From the human T2T-CHM13v2.0 reference genome, Homo sapiens: a stretch of DNA of 64,000 bases. The position numbers and the translations under genes were made by a program. Positions within the stretch are counted from its first letter, which is position 1. The number at the start of each line of letters is the position of its first letter. The stretch is from the NCBI RefSeq assembly GCF_009914755.1, contig NC_060926.1; one strand, given 5' to 3'. A model generated the notes under the pieces. It ran no database searches. It worked only from the letters and a program-made list of their open reading frames with translations, and was not told where the DNA came from. Shown here piece after piece: positions 28,973 to 42,325 of the stretch.

Positions 28973-31900
28973 CTGGAGAGTTGGAATTCACCAATTCAAG
29001 GGCCACAGAATATCTTAGAATTGATCTGTTCTTCCATTTAATCACAGTTTAACACAGGTCCATCTGCCAAGCAGGAAGGAACATGACCTAGTCCCACCTC
29101 TCTGTGGAGCAGAAGTATTAGTAATATCCACTACGCAGTTTCTCCTGTACTCTCAAAAAGAAAACAGTCATCCTATTTGTGTTTCCTGAGAATAGGAAGC
29201 TCAAATGTCTCAGCTTCATCCACTGTCATGGTTAGGAGCACCTTCTTCTTTGCCTGGGAAAGAGGCTAGTGACACTATAATTTCTCAGAAGTTTCGAAAG
29301 TCAGCAATAAGCTGAAAAGAACCATTTTGTCTGTGATCTAAATAGGACTTTGCTGATGGTTAGTATACTCAAATGGGTTTGTAGAATATTTTGTCTTGGT
29401 GCCTGGAATTTGCTTTTACGAACTCACTTGAGAGGCAGCGGCCAGGGAAGAGCTCTCTCTCACCTGAATGCTTAGCAGAGGCAAGCCATCAAAACCTTCC
29501 AGGAAGTGGCAAGCCAAAGGGTCTGAATTGGAGGCACCTCCCCAAAGATCAAAAGTTATGCTCCACCAACACAGAGACACTGAGAAATGGTTGAATGTGT
29601 TCTAAATTAAACTGCCCTGGTGGTGAGCAGAGATCTGCCAAAATCTTTCAATTAATCACTTTTACCTTCAGGGCAGAGTTAGGCCTGAGAGTATTTCAAT
29701 AGATTTTTATTGGAACAGAGTTATTTCAGATATTAAACTATGTTGCACAAAGTAAAAATAATGTTATTTTTAAGTTGCTACTCTTGTTAAATAAAAGTTG
29801 GCAAGCGTTCTCGGGGTCTGTATTGTGTCTGTGTATTTGTGAATGTGTGTGGCTTTTTCTTGTGCCATAATCCCCATTGATTTTTAAAAAGTGAACAGCA
29901 ATGAACTAGGTGATAAATATATTTATATAATATTTTCATTAATAATGTGTTATAAATAATAGAAGAAAGGTTTTAAGTATATAATTCGCTACATCACAAT
30001 TGGGGTTTTTTTTTCCTACGTCTTCAGCAGTAAGTTAATTAGAATCACCTGCATTTCCTTGGGTGGACACCAAATGGATTGCAAACAAAAACAGATTAAA
30101 ATAGCTGCTGGAGCTCATGGCATACAGATGACAAGATTCACAAAAAGGACAATGAGGCACTGAAAATGTTCGCTTTTCAAACAATTCTAGAGGAAATTTA
30201 GCTCTCGCGACTTCTCTGTAAAAGCTGCCTGTAAGTGTTTTGCTGAAAGGCTAGAACAGCTTTGTTTCTGATCCCTTGATGAGTGAGAGAAATGTTTAAG
30301 AAAGATCACTTTACAGAGAGATTCAGGCTGAAATGTGATGACTGTGATTCAAGCCAAGCCAAAAATTACAGTTCAGAATGAAAGGGGAGGGACGTGGTTT
30401 GGGAATCCATTTTCCCACATTCCTGAATCTCAATCATCCCAGCCAATGTTTAGAAAAAAATCCAATGGAAAACAATGAGGTCACTTTGTTTAGATGTTAA
30501 AAAAAATACGGGTGGAGGGATTGAAAAGAATGATGGCAAATATATGAATTTTAAATCAGTATCTATTTCAAGTATGATGGGATCAAAGGCTACACTTTAT
30601 ATAACTCTTATGACTTCATCCCAAAAGGATCCATTTTTCAGTTTTCTTCTTTGTGTTGGTGAGCCTTTTATTGTGTTTCTTTAATTTATGAAATAGTCTC
30701 TTGCTAAAATTAAAAAAAAAAGTGTATGTAGGCACAGAGTACAGATTACTCCTCCTGAGACTCCAAGCTTTCCTTAGGAATAGCATCTCCAGGAATCTGG
30801 TTTTCTTTCTTTAAACCTGCTGTGGCCACCCCACTGCTGTGTAGATCTCAGGTTATGCTGGTGTATTGGCTTGCAAACTACCAGATGATAATGGCAGACC
30901 AAATTAGATTCATTGTTCTTGTTACCTCTATTTGTTTTAATGAAACACACTAAGCAAGTCATACTACCAAATGAATGATTTATTTACATCAGCATGATCA
31001 CAGCATAACAGTAGAACTACAACATAAAAGAAACTCAGAGAATAATATGAGATAAACCAAATATAACCTCCAACTTCAATATCTTCCAGATACACTAAGT
31101 TTTTCTTCAAGGCAACAGCTCTCACTTAATGATAACCAGAATCATTGACCAAAATTTGTCTTCAAGACTAAGATTTTTTTTAAAAAAAGAAGATGTAAGA
31201 TTTGTCAATGACTGTTTATAGGTACCTTGTTTCCCAATCTCCAGAAATCATTTCAATTCATCATCTTTGGTCTGATCAGACCACTGATGCTAGGTTCTTT
31301 TCTAGAGAAATTTCTCAAGCAAACTCAGAATCTTGCTGAGATCTTTCTTATCTTCAGAGATTTCCAAATGATCCTAAGGCTGGCATATATCTGTAAGTCA
31401 CATTTATGTCTACTATCCTACAGGCTTCATGCAGTTAGGCCTCAAATTCTTAGCTGAGCTTAGAGAGATATGTAAGAATGAATGTGCAGAAAATAAGACA
31501 CAAATAGGACACTATTGTTCCACTATTGTTTCATGTTAACCAGGTATTAAGGTACATAAATGGCTTATCAATCTATATCACATTAGCCACACTGGAACTT
31601 TTTCCCCTTGTCTTTTCCCTGGTTGATTACCATTTGGTAATCCTTAAGTTAAAAGGAATCATTTTAAAGGTGGGAATTAAATTAGATGTATAGAGGCTAT
31701 ATACACAAACAAGCCTGATCCATAAAGAATCACAGCAAATGGAAACCAGGAAATAATATTTTTGAAAGTATACTACTGCCTATACTTCCGGATTCCAAAG
31801 GTATAGATAAGCATCTCCAATTATAAAAAAAAAATTGGTTAGATATTGTGGCAAGAACTAAGTATAAATATAAGGGAAAATTCTAATAATGAGGCAAGAC

Positions 31901-34229
31901 AGTGGTTTTACTCCTGTATCCAAATTGAGGAGGGATGACTTTTTTTTTTTTTTTGTAACATTTGAAGAAGTCAGTGAGATTTTCTTCTACTTATTGAAAT
32001 GTCTGATATCCTACTTAACATGAATGAAGGAGATGAAGAAACTAGGAAAGTAATGCAATAAATTGTTTTCCAAGACTGAATCCAATCCTGTGTCTCTATA
32101 CAAGAATACCTGATAATAGTAAAAAGCAAGATAGCCAATCACTCTCCTCCCACACGTCTCCCTACCATCCCCCCACCCACAATCCCCAAACTCTATTGTC
32201 ACTGAACTTTTCAAGGCATAAATGATACAATGTAGAACCACTAAGAAAACCAAACCAGTAACACACTTAACATTCAGGGTATTTAGTTCTTTTCCTCACC
32301 CAATTTTGATGCTGAAGCAATGTAACAACACCTGTCTTCCCTGGTGTCCAAATAAGACAAGGTTTGTTAAGAGCTCAGGACTGGGCAGAAGAGCAAATAG
32401 GACCAATATTAATGATAAATATTTTTGCAAGAAAACAATCTTATTTCCTCATATTAACAAATTGAAGTAACAGGGGCAAAAGAAGGAAGTGGGAGTGAAG
32501 CATTTGAAAATGATCCCAATTGCCCAAGTGTTCAAAGAAAAGTCCTTGAAAAGCATTCTCCTTTCTGATTCAAGAGTCTATTTGATATCACCTTCTTCTT
32601 AGTATATATGTATATACATATACATATATATTCCTTTATTATGTGCTCTTTCGAGGTATTTAATTTAAATCTGGAATTTGCCCCTAGCTCAGACACTGGC
32701 TATATAAACAATTTTAAATAATTGCTCATTTTTTAGTATCATAGGTTCTAAGCCATTTTCTTAGAAACGAAAAAAAAAAATCCTTCTCTTAGTGACCTCT
32801 TTTTAGTCTAACATTAAAGAAAAATTACAACAAATATTTATCTCTTCCATGTCTTAAGAGAATAAAAATTCTTATTTTCCATATGAATCCCCTACAAATA
32901 CCTGGGAAATTAAATACATTTTTTTCAGAAATGAATAATCAAAAATGAGCCAATAAAATCTAGATAATGATGATAACCAAAAGCAAACAAAATAATAAAG
33001 GAAAAATTGAAGGTATTTTGTTATGACATTAAAAAGAAAAACTTGTTGCAATAATTGTGTCTATGAAGCAAGCATTTCATAGCAGAAATATGAGGAAGGT
33101 AGAACAAAAAACCAAAATGAGATAAAAATTGAAAAGAAAAGGCTCACGAAAGAAATGGAAGAGAAAACTAAAACAACTTCAGGTAATAAAAGGAGAATTG
33201 AAAAATGCATAAATGATAGTAGGAATTTCTATAAACACAGAAAAGGACAAGAGTAAGAAACATGAAATGAGAGATGTACTGAAACCCTGTATCAACCTAT
33301 ACTTCCAACATTAGAATTGGAATCACGTAACAACTGTTTTAAATATTCATAGTTTAATCCCTCACCATTTATTTCCCATGTACCAATAATGAAAATAATA
33401 TAATAGTATCTTCCCAAACTAATGAAACTTCTGTTTTCAGTTTTTAAAGTTCTTTTTTATGAAAAACAATGTAGGCCTCACATTCAAGTTGGCAGTCTCA
33501 AAAAAGCATGTCTGATTCTCTTTCCTCAAAAAAATCCCAATGAAATAATAGAAAATATGTGTTTTAAAAACAAAAAAATGGATAATGGTGCTGAAAACAG
33601 AAAAGGTGCCATCAGCAGATGAGAAATAGAAATTCCAGGAAGAGAGGAAGCAGATGGGATCAAACAAATAGAGAAATGAAAGCAGGAGAAACACCATTCC
33701 CAGACACCACAATTAGGCACAGTTCTTTCCAGGGGTGTCCCAGAGAATAACCAAACTTGGAGTCAACAAACAAAAAGAACAGAAATTGTCAAGAGGGCAG
33801 TAAAGAAAGTAATTCATTAAATAACAGGATCTAACAGCTGTGAGAACTGGGCTCCTCTTTCTTTATCCTGCACCAAGGAAGCACCTACAGCAGGTGCTTG
33901 AGCCTGAGAGCAATTTCTGTAAGGACGGAAAAGTTGCTGGCATCTGAGAAAGAAGACAGTGGAGAAGAAAGTGTCTCAGGTCTTCTCCAACAGAATTAGA
34001 TATACCTTTGCCCAGGTGAAAAATTGGTAAATTTCTCTATATCCCAAGTTAAGTCTTCCTTACTTTGATAACTGGGGAGAACCCCTGGCCTATTGTCTAC
34101 TCACCACCCATTTATCCTGCGAGACACTCCAACACACCATTCTCATTTAAGATTGGACAAGTTGTGGGGAGGGAGAGAGTTGGACACATACAGAGGTACC
34201 CATGACCACTGTTTAATCAGTCTCAATCA

Positions 34230-34700
34230 TAAGGGTAATCCAATATTTGATAATCCATCTTAAATAAATTCTAGAGAAGAGAGATAATAGAGGGAAAACA
34301 ATATTGAGCAAATAATATAAGAAAATGTTTTCCAAATGAAAAGGCCCAGATGGGGAGCACATATGAGTGACATTTTACTGCTATAAGTTTAAAGAGAAAT
34401 TTTTTTTTAATCCAAGAGCAAAAGCAATTTACCTGCAAAGTGTCAAGAATCAATCTGACATCAGACTTAACAGCAGGGATGCTAGAAGATAATGGAACAT
34501 ATATTTTTCAAAGTTAGAAAAGTAAAAGATTATGAAACTGAAATAAATACTCAAGTCAACAATCAATTAGGAAGCAAAAGAAAACAGTCAGATGGGTAAA
34601 GTAAGAAAAATTACCGATCACATACTTTTATGAATCAAGAAACTTCTTAAACTTCAATCCAAGAAAGAATAACAACGGAATACAAGAGAAGGAGGGTAGT
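34230..34700 (+). mobile_element. Old L1M/HAL1 ORF1-like relic (the A-rich 32.9-35.4 kb region is probably related)
   Basis: agaatcaatctgacatcagactta...gatgctagaagataatggaac resembles the ORF1 C-terminal 'IRLTSDFS..ARRQW..IFK' coding text. Confidence 0.55.
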
Positions 34701-34716
34701 TGATGCTGACCTAGAG

Positions 34717-34926
34717 CCGCATTGTCTAAAATGGTCATCACCAGCCACGTGTGGTTAAGCTACTCAAAGCTGAATAAAATAAAATTAAGTCCCTCAGTTG
34801 TATTAACCACGTTTCAAGTGGTTAATAATCTCTGTAGCCAGTCATATGTGGCCAGTGAATGCTGGTTTGGACAGCAAAGACATAGAACATTTCTATCATT
34901 GCAGAAACTTCTGTTGGGCAGCACTT
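34717..34926 (-). mobile_element. MER3-like hAT-Charlie MITE
   Basis: ccagccacgtgtggtt...cctcagttgtattaaccacgtttcaagtg...ttggacagcaaagacatagaacatttctatcattgcagaaacttctgttgggcagcact. Confidence 0.8.
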
Positions 34927-35409
34927 AATCTGAGGAAATGAAGAAACCTAGAAAGGAGGAAGAGGACAAGTTAAGTCTTAACTTTTGGGAGCTCTCCTTT
35001 GTGAAACTAAATTTTAATGTTAAACCCCAACATGTTCCCTTTTTAAAAAATAGTGGCTATTATTAACCCATAGATAAGTCACAAAATAGTTATAAAAAAC
35101 AAAATGTCCCAAATTTTAAGAATATAAACAAACGCATAAAGAATAAAACTGGGAAGGGAAGTGGTAGAGAGAAGTAAGAGTAAATATACTGCTTTGTTTT
35201 CCATAGCTCAGAGATAATTTGATATGCTAAGATATAGAAATAGGCAAATTAACTCAATGAAGAGAAAGAGGGTGTACAGATAAGTGGTAGGAACTACGAA
35301 TGCACTAAGCTCTTTATCTTTTCTGAGAAATCAATAAATACCATTCAAAGTTAATAAATTAATAAACAGAAATATGACATATTAACATTAACAAAAAGAA
35401 TGAAAATAG

Positions 35410-35708
<299 letters not shown>

Positions 35709-38700
35709 TAGAATAGAACTGTTAACAATAACTGTCTTTGGAAAGCATGTTGGGGCAGCTACTGTACTTAGTTCTGATTGTATATTGTTCTGTATGGTTC
35801 AATTTTGTATTTTTTATTGTTTTTTTAACCATGGAAATATAGCAAAAAAAACTATATATTTTTAGAATGGTTTTTATGAAGTCATATAGTTATCCTATAG
35901 AATAAAATGATTCTTGTTTGAAAATCAAAATTGTGCCAGCTATTTCCTAAGGGAATCATTCTTAGGAAATAGCAAGGCTATTGAAGGATGGGTGTCTCAT
36001 AAGAAATTAACAATAATTAAATTAAAATGGCAGATAGGTACAAAATCAACACCACTGAGTTGGAAGAGAGATTAGAATTTTAAATTATATCCTGTACTCT
36101 CAGTCATCGAATTTAAAGTGTGTGAACAAATAAGCTAGCAAGAAAATGTTGGAAACACTCATTTCAACTTAGAGGAGGAGGCATAGGTCTGAATGGCACC
36201 AGAGCTTCTCATGTTTAGCTCAGAACCCAAGTAGAAATTTGGAAGGACCGAGACAGAAACGTGCAGCGTTGAGGACAACCTGAGTGTTCCCGTGCTCAAA
36301 GATTTTCGCCGGAGGGAGAAGCCAGAAGTTCAAAGTATTGCGAGAATGGCACTTCTTGTGGTAGCTCTGGCCTCCTAGGAATTAGGAAGTGCCATAAATC
36401 TCAGGAGAGGGACTGTTTGTGCAAAATTCCCAGCCCACATTTGCAGACTGTAGAGGTTCAGATGCATTTTGTTATGGGTTAGAAAAACAAGCAGGCTTTC
36501 AGGACACACCACTCAACCAGGCTCAAACTCCACATCTGCATGGTTTGTCCATCATTCGGGCTACCAAAAATGCTACCTAAACCAGTTTTCAACTATTTTT
36601 AACAGACTCATCTGCATTGTCAAAAACTGTCCATATTTTGGCAGATAAGCCAGTCAAATCTGGTCTTAGATTTCTTTTTGCAAAGTGTCTAAGATTTATG
36701 GTGGGAATTACTCATAACAGCTGCATTCTTTCCACTGGGCTTAGACCACCATTTGGTCTAATAACTCCTAATTGTGTGTCTATCCCAGTCTAAGCTTCTT
36801 CAGGAGAAAAAAAAGTCGGGGGGGGGAGGCAGGGGAAGACTTTTAAAAATCCCCTACAGCAATACCCAGTGATTTCTGCCAACAGTAAACACTATTTTGA
36901 AATATAAGAAGGTCAGCTGATGATGAACGAATAAACAATATTTCAGTGAATGTGGATTTCTTCAGATAATTTTTCATACTACCATTAATGCCACTCTTAT
37001 TTAAAAATAAAAAATAAAATGACTTAGTTTTATCGTGTTCCCAAAGTATTTTTAGCATAACAGGCAAAAATCCTGTCAGCATTTACGGTCATGTTACTTT
37101 CTTGAAAGAGGTACCTCTCAAAGCGATTTTTCACCAACCTTCTCCAAAGCACAAAAGAGGTACCTTGAAGACGTTGGTCATTTAAAAATCATACGACGTC
37201 TAATTATATTTCCAAAATAAGTAGTTTGCAATCCAGCAAGGATAATGTGGTCATGAAAAGGATGTCCAAATCCACCAATTTACATTGGTTTGGTTTGGCA
37301 TAACTTTCAAAGTTCTTGGAGTAAAAGGAGGATGGCACGTGAATAATTGTAATTTGGGTAATAGTCCTAGAACTTTGGGTTTGCTGTTCTGTGAGCCATT
37401 CAGGGGAAAGCAAATCAACTCCAAGACTGTACCTATATAATTTATAACTGTTAAAATTCACTGATATGTTCCAGATTATTTTGCAAAATGTAATACCCTC
37501 CTTTTTAATATGTACTTTGTCATTTTCACTCTATTTATGTAATTTAAAAAGTATGATAGCCGGAGAGCATGAGCCATTCAAAGCAGGAGCCGCTAATGTC
37601 AGAGATCATTATCACTCACAAGATATATAGTGTTGGTATCTTTGAATCTAAAGGGCTTGGAAGTTGTGTCAAGATAGATTCATATTGCATCTAATATGTT
37701 TTGCTTTACTCCCTTTTACTTTCTGGTTTCTGTCTCCAGCCACAGAGCAGTTTCTCTGCTGTGACTCAGGTCTACAACCACAGCGGTAGCACAGGTCTGA
37801 TTTACCCTCCCTGTCTCCACCAGCTGTGCTCCCTCCTTTTATGCCAAAAGAAAGTTGTGTTATTACTTTAGGATGAGGCTGCTTTCTTTAAACAGTATAC
37901 TGCTTTCCAATTGTTTATATGTGATATGTCCAATCCATACTACTTTTTCAAATGGTTTTGATTACTGGACTTAAAAAATTGTTTACAGAAATTTATGAAA
38001 GACCAAGGAAAGCACTTCTTATATTGTAACACTCTAAGAGAAAAAAGAAGTTTTGGATACAGGGAATTTCATCAGTTAAAAACCAGTTTACAATTCTATG
38101 CATTTCAATAGCATATAGAATAATATTTGAAAAGGAAGAGTGCTAACTTCAAAATCAAGACATGCACTTGATTTTACACCTTGTATAAATGAATATGCAT
38201 ATTAAAATGATGATTAAGTAAGGCCCTTATTTGCAATTAAATTTTGAAATCCAAATAATTTCATTTATAATAGACCTCTGATAAGGGTCTAGCTAATTAG
38301 CAAAACAAAATTTTTAAAAACACACAATGTTCTCATTTTTATTGTAATAGATATTCACATTTTATCTTTAATCAATGTAAATAGGACTAATTTGATTGAT
38401 TTTTTAAAAAATTAGAATTTCTCTTTTAGAGAACATAGACCCACATATTCCATTGATGTTTCTATTTTCTAAAATAATTATTATTCTCTAAATTCCTTAA
38501 AATCAATTGATAATCCATGGGAAAATAATCAGGGCCACATTCATTTGATCAAACTTTGTTTGTTTGTGGTGGCAAGCATCAAGGTGACTTTATTCACCAC
38601 TCATGGTTCTGATGCCATTTGTCTGCTTCCAAATCCAAAACTCTCTCCAAAACCCCCAAGCATGCCATTATGAACATTTTTCTGTAAACATTTCAGGGCC

Positions 38701-40115
38701 TCTGAGGGTGATTTTAGAGAAGAATTTTAAAATAATTTCCTCAGTAGCTATATGCTCAAAAAAATTAAGAGGGAAAACTTTGAGAAGGACACACTTGAAT
38801 GTACAATTTTTAATATTTTTAAATCTATCACGTTATTTAAAATTTCATAGGTTAAAACTAAGTACCAAACAGCATCTAATGACAAAGGAAAAAAAGAAAA
38901 TGATAAGTTTTTTGTAAATTAATTTTTTAACATTCTGGGTGTAAGTGCATGAACTTAAGACCAAAATAGACCAATACTAAAAGTAGGAATTAAATATTAG
39001 AAAAATTTTAATTAGGACTATTATCACATTTAAGCTGTCAAGCAGAAATTGTACTTTAAAACAAACAAACCAGAGTAGACTTAGATTAATGGAGGTAATT
39101 TGTGCATCACGAAGAAAAAATATATTGATTTTTACAAATATATGTGTCTTAGAAACTTTCACCACTGGCTAACTGGTGTCCAGCTTCACCCAATTCCTCA
39201 CAATTTATAGTTCTCAGGAAGAGACAGAGTCTCAGTAATTTCTTAGATTATTCTAGAACTATAAAGTCACATCAATTAATACATTTGTTAATAGCTATTC
39301 CATTTTATTGCAATTATCTCAAGTAACCCTAAAGTTTATTACATGGAAGAGTAAAAACTATAGTGAATGATTGTCTTAAATTATGCCATTATTACCAATG
39401 TTATAAGTGATGTTATTCTACCCTAACCTTCCAATGCAATATTTTGCACAATGGCAGAAGTGTTCCTAATACAAAGTGTGTAAAATGGTAAAGCAATAAA
39501 TGAGCTCATTTTATGCCAGTAAAGTGCTTTGGGAAGTCTTTATTCTGTTACACTATGGCAATAATTTCTACCAATCTATTTAATACTGTTGTGAATTACA
39601 ATGATTATCCATGATGCTATACCACCTCCCTAGAGAAACTGCTAAGACCTCTGCATCTGCTGGCAATCTCAGCTAGTCCTGAGTGCCCAGACACATCAAA
39701 GAATATACATTCTTGACATTAAAATTATGTTTTCAGCATTTTTAGATACTATTATAGTGTTTGACTAAGTGTTTCCCTTTTCGTTTTCCTGTTTCTTCAT
39801 TGTCCTCGTAACGTGGCCAAGAAATTAACTAGATTCTATAAATAGATGTGTGGAAAACAAGTGAATGATTATTGAAATTCACTGCCAGGATAAGTTATTT
39901 TGAATTACAGATGACCAGTTCTAAAATAATCTGAAACTCATTTTACCATTTCGCTAAAGATTTTTTAAATTTTTCTCTCCATAATGGAGCACCTCATTAC
40001 CTATAATACACTAGAAATTATCAAACTAGCATTATATCTAGAATAGAATTTTTACTCTTTAGTTTCAAATAATCAGATCAAAATATGTTATTCTGTAACA
40101 ATCACAGGAAAACAA

Positions 40116-40185
40116 GAATAGAATAGAATAGAATAGAATAGAATAGAATAGAATAGAATAGAATAGAATAGAATAGAATAGAATA
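40116..40185. repeat. (GAATA)14 pentanucleotide STR
   Basis: 14 perfect copies counted. Confidence 0.97.
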
Positions 40186-40666
40186 GAACAGAGTAGAAAT
40201 GGAGAGAAGAAAAAGAGCTGAGAAGAGGAGAGGAAGGAAAGAAGAGAGACAGAAAGGCAGGAAGACAGTAAGTCAGGCCAGTAGCAAATGTCTTACAAAT
40301 GTCTCGAGTTATTTTACCTTGCAGAAAAAAGGCAATAATACACAAACGTCTGGAGGTTTCCCCCCTACCCAGTTGGATTCCTATATTTTCCTTGTAAATG
40401 AACCTTAAATATATGATGTAATCCTATTCTACCCACTGCTCTTTTTGCCTCAATTAGACCCAAATTTATTGATGATAATTTTAATTAAGACTGAACACCA
40501 TGATTACTTTGAGATTAAAATTTTGAAGATTGCATAATTTAGAACACACAAATTGGTTTTATCTGAGAAGAATAGATATTTGATTTACTCCTTCTTTTCA
40601 TAGATTTTTTTTAAACCATCTCAATTCCTATATGTGCTAATATAAAATATGCCCTTTTGTCTTCAG

Positions 40667-40744
40667 GTCTAGATGTTGATGGAATATATCGAGTTAGTGG
40701 CAATCTGGCAACAATACAGAAGTTAAGATTTATTGTCAACCAAG
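40667..40744 (+). CDS. ARHGAP15: ARHGAP15 internal coding exon with the RhoGAP arginine finger (78 nt, phase 1-1)
   Basis: Acceptor cccttttgtcttcag| and donor AAG|gtaagt. Reads (G)GT-CTA-GAT... = GLDVDGIYRVSGNLATIQKLRFIVNQ(E). GIYRVSG is the canonical RhoGAP catalytic motif. Confidence 0.97.
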
Positions 40745-41169
40745 GTAAGTGATTTCCACTTCAGAGATTTTTTCAAACAGTTTCATATGGAACAATATTT
40801 CATACACTGTGCTGTATGTACTGTGAATAATAATAAAACTTTAACAGGAGAATGTGAAAGTGGAAGAAATTTAAAAATTATCAGAAAAGTAAAAGATAAC
40901 CAACTAGTTTATCTAGAAAAGAATAGCATATACAGAGAAACAAATTAATAGTCTATGTGAAATAAATAATGAATGGAACATGTCAAAATAAAAATGGGGG
41001 AAAGAATAGAAAAAGAGTAAAAGAAAAATGACCCAGATTCAAAAAATGTTATTGGCTTATAATGGACACTTACTATATGTTGATGAATGAAAGAATGAAT
41101 GATGGAAAATGTAAAAGTCAAAATAACAGATAATAGAAAAATATATAGTAGGTAAGAAAAAAATTAGGA

Positions 41170-42065
41170 AACGCATATGCCATCAAAGAGTTGTAAATTA
41201 AAACAATGAGATACCACTACACACCTGTTAGAATGGCTAAAATACTGACAACACCAAATGCTGGCCAAGATGTGGAGCAACAGGAACTCTCATTCATTGC
41301 TGGCGGAAGTGCGAAATGATTGAGTCACTTTGGAAGAAAATTTGGCAGTTTCTTATGAAAATAAATGTATTTTTATTGTATGATCCAGTACTTCTTGGTA
41401 CTAACCCAAATGAGTTAAAAACTCATGTACACACAAAAACCTATACACAAATATTTACGGCAGCTTTTTTCATAATTGGCAAAGCTAGAATGCAACTAAG
41501 ATGTCCTTCAATAGGTGCAAGGACAAATACACCAGAATACATCCATATAATGGAATATTATTCAGGGATGAAAAGAAATGAGCTTTCAAGCCATGAAAAG
41601 ACTTAGAGTAATCTAAATGCATATGCTGAGTAAAACAAGCCAGTGTGAAAAGGTATGATTCCAACAATATACTGGGAAAAGGAAAACTAGAGAGAGTAAA
41701 AGATGAGTGGAAGCAGTAGGACGAGCTTGGGGGAAAGAGGGAGAGATGAATAGGTGAGCACAGGGGATTTTGAGGGCAAACAATTCTGTATGATGCTGTA
41801 ATTACCCATACATGTCATTACACATTTGTCAAAACCCATAAAATGCAACACAAAGAGTGAATCCTCATGTAAATTATAATATTTAGTTAATAATAATGTA
41901 TTGATATTGGCTTATCAATTATAACAATCTACCCCATTAATGCAAGATGCTATTAATAGGGAAAATTTTGGGAAGAGTGAGGAGATACATGTTAACTCTC
42001 TGTACTTTCTGCTCAATTATTCTGTAAACTTAACACTGCTCTAAAAGATTCTATTAATTCGAAAA
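41170..42065 (+). mobile_element. L1MC-type 3' fragment
   Basis: aaacaatgagataccactacacacctgttagaatggctaaaa...ggagcaacaggaactctcattcattgctgg...tgtactttctgctcaattattctgtaaacttaacactgctctaaaa. Confidence 0.88.
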
Positions 42066-42149
42066 GTAAAAATAAGAAATTAGAAAATGAAAAACAAGAA
42101 GACCAACACATCTTAAGTTGGTGTTATAGACAGCTCATAGGTTTTAAAA

Positions 42150-42325
42150 TCATACAGATGGGGTAGAACTTAGACTCTCTCCTTGTATCCTTGGCATCTT
42201 AACCTCCCTGTGCCTCTGTTTCCTATCAGGAAAAACAGTAGGGGGATGCCTTGGAAACATTTGGGAAAATTAAACTGGGTAGCATCTATGACACTTAGGA
42301 ATGTGACAGACTCATGTTAGTTTTC
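42150..42325 (+). mobile_element. MIR relic
   Basis: cttaacctccctgtgcctctgtttcctatcaggaaaa core. Confidence 0.65.
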
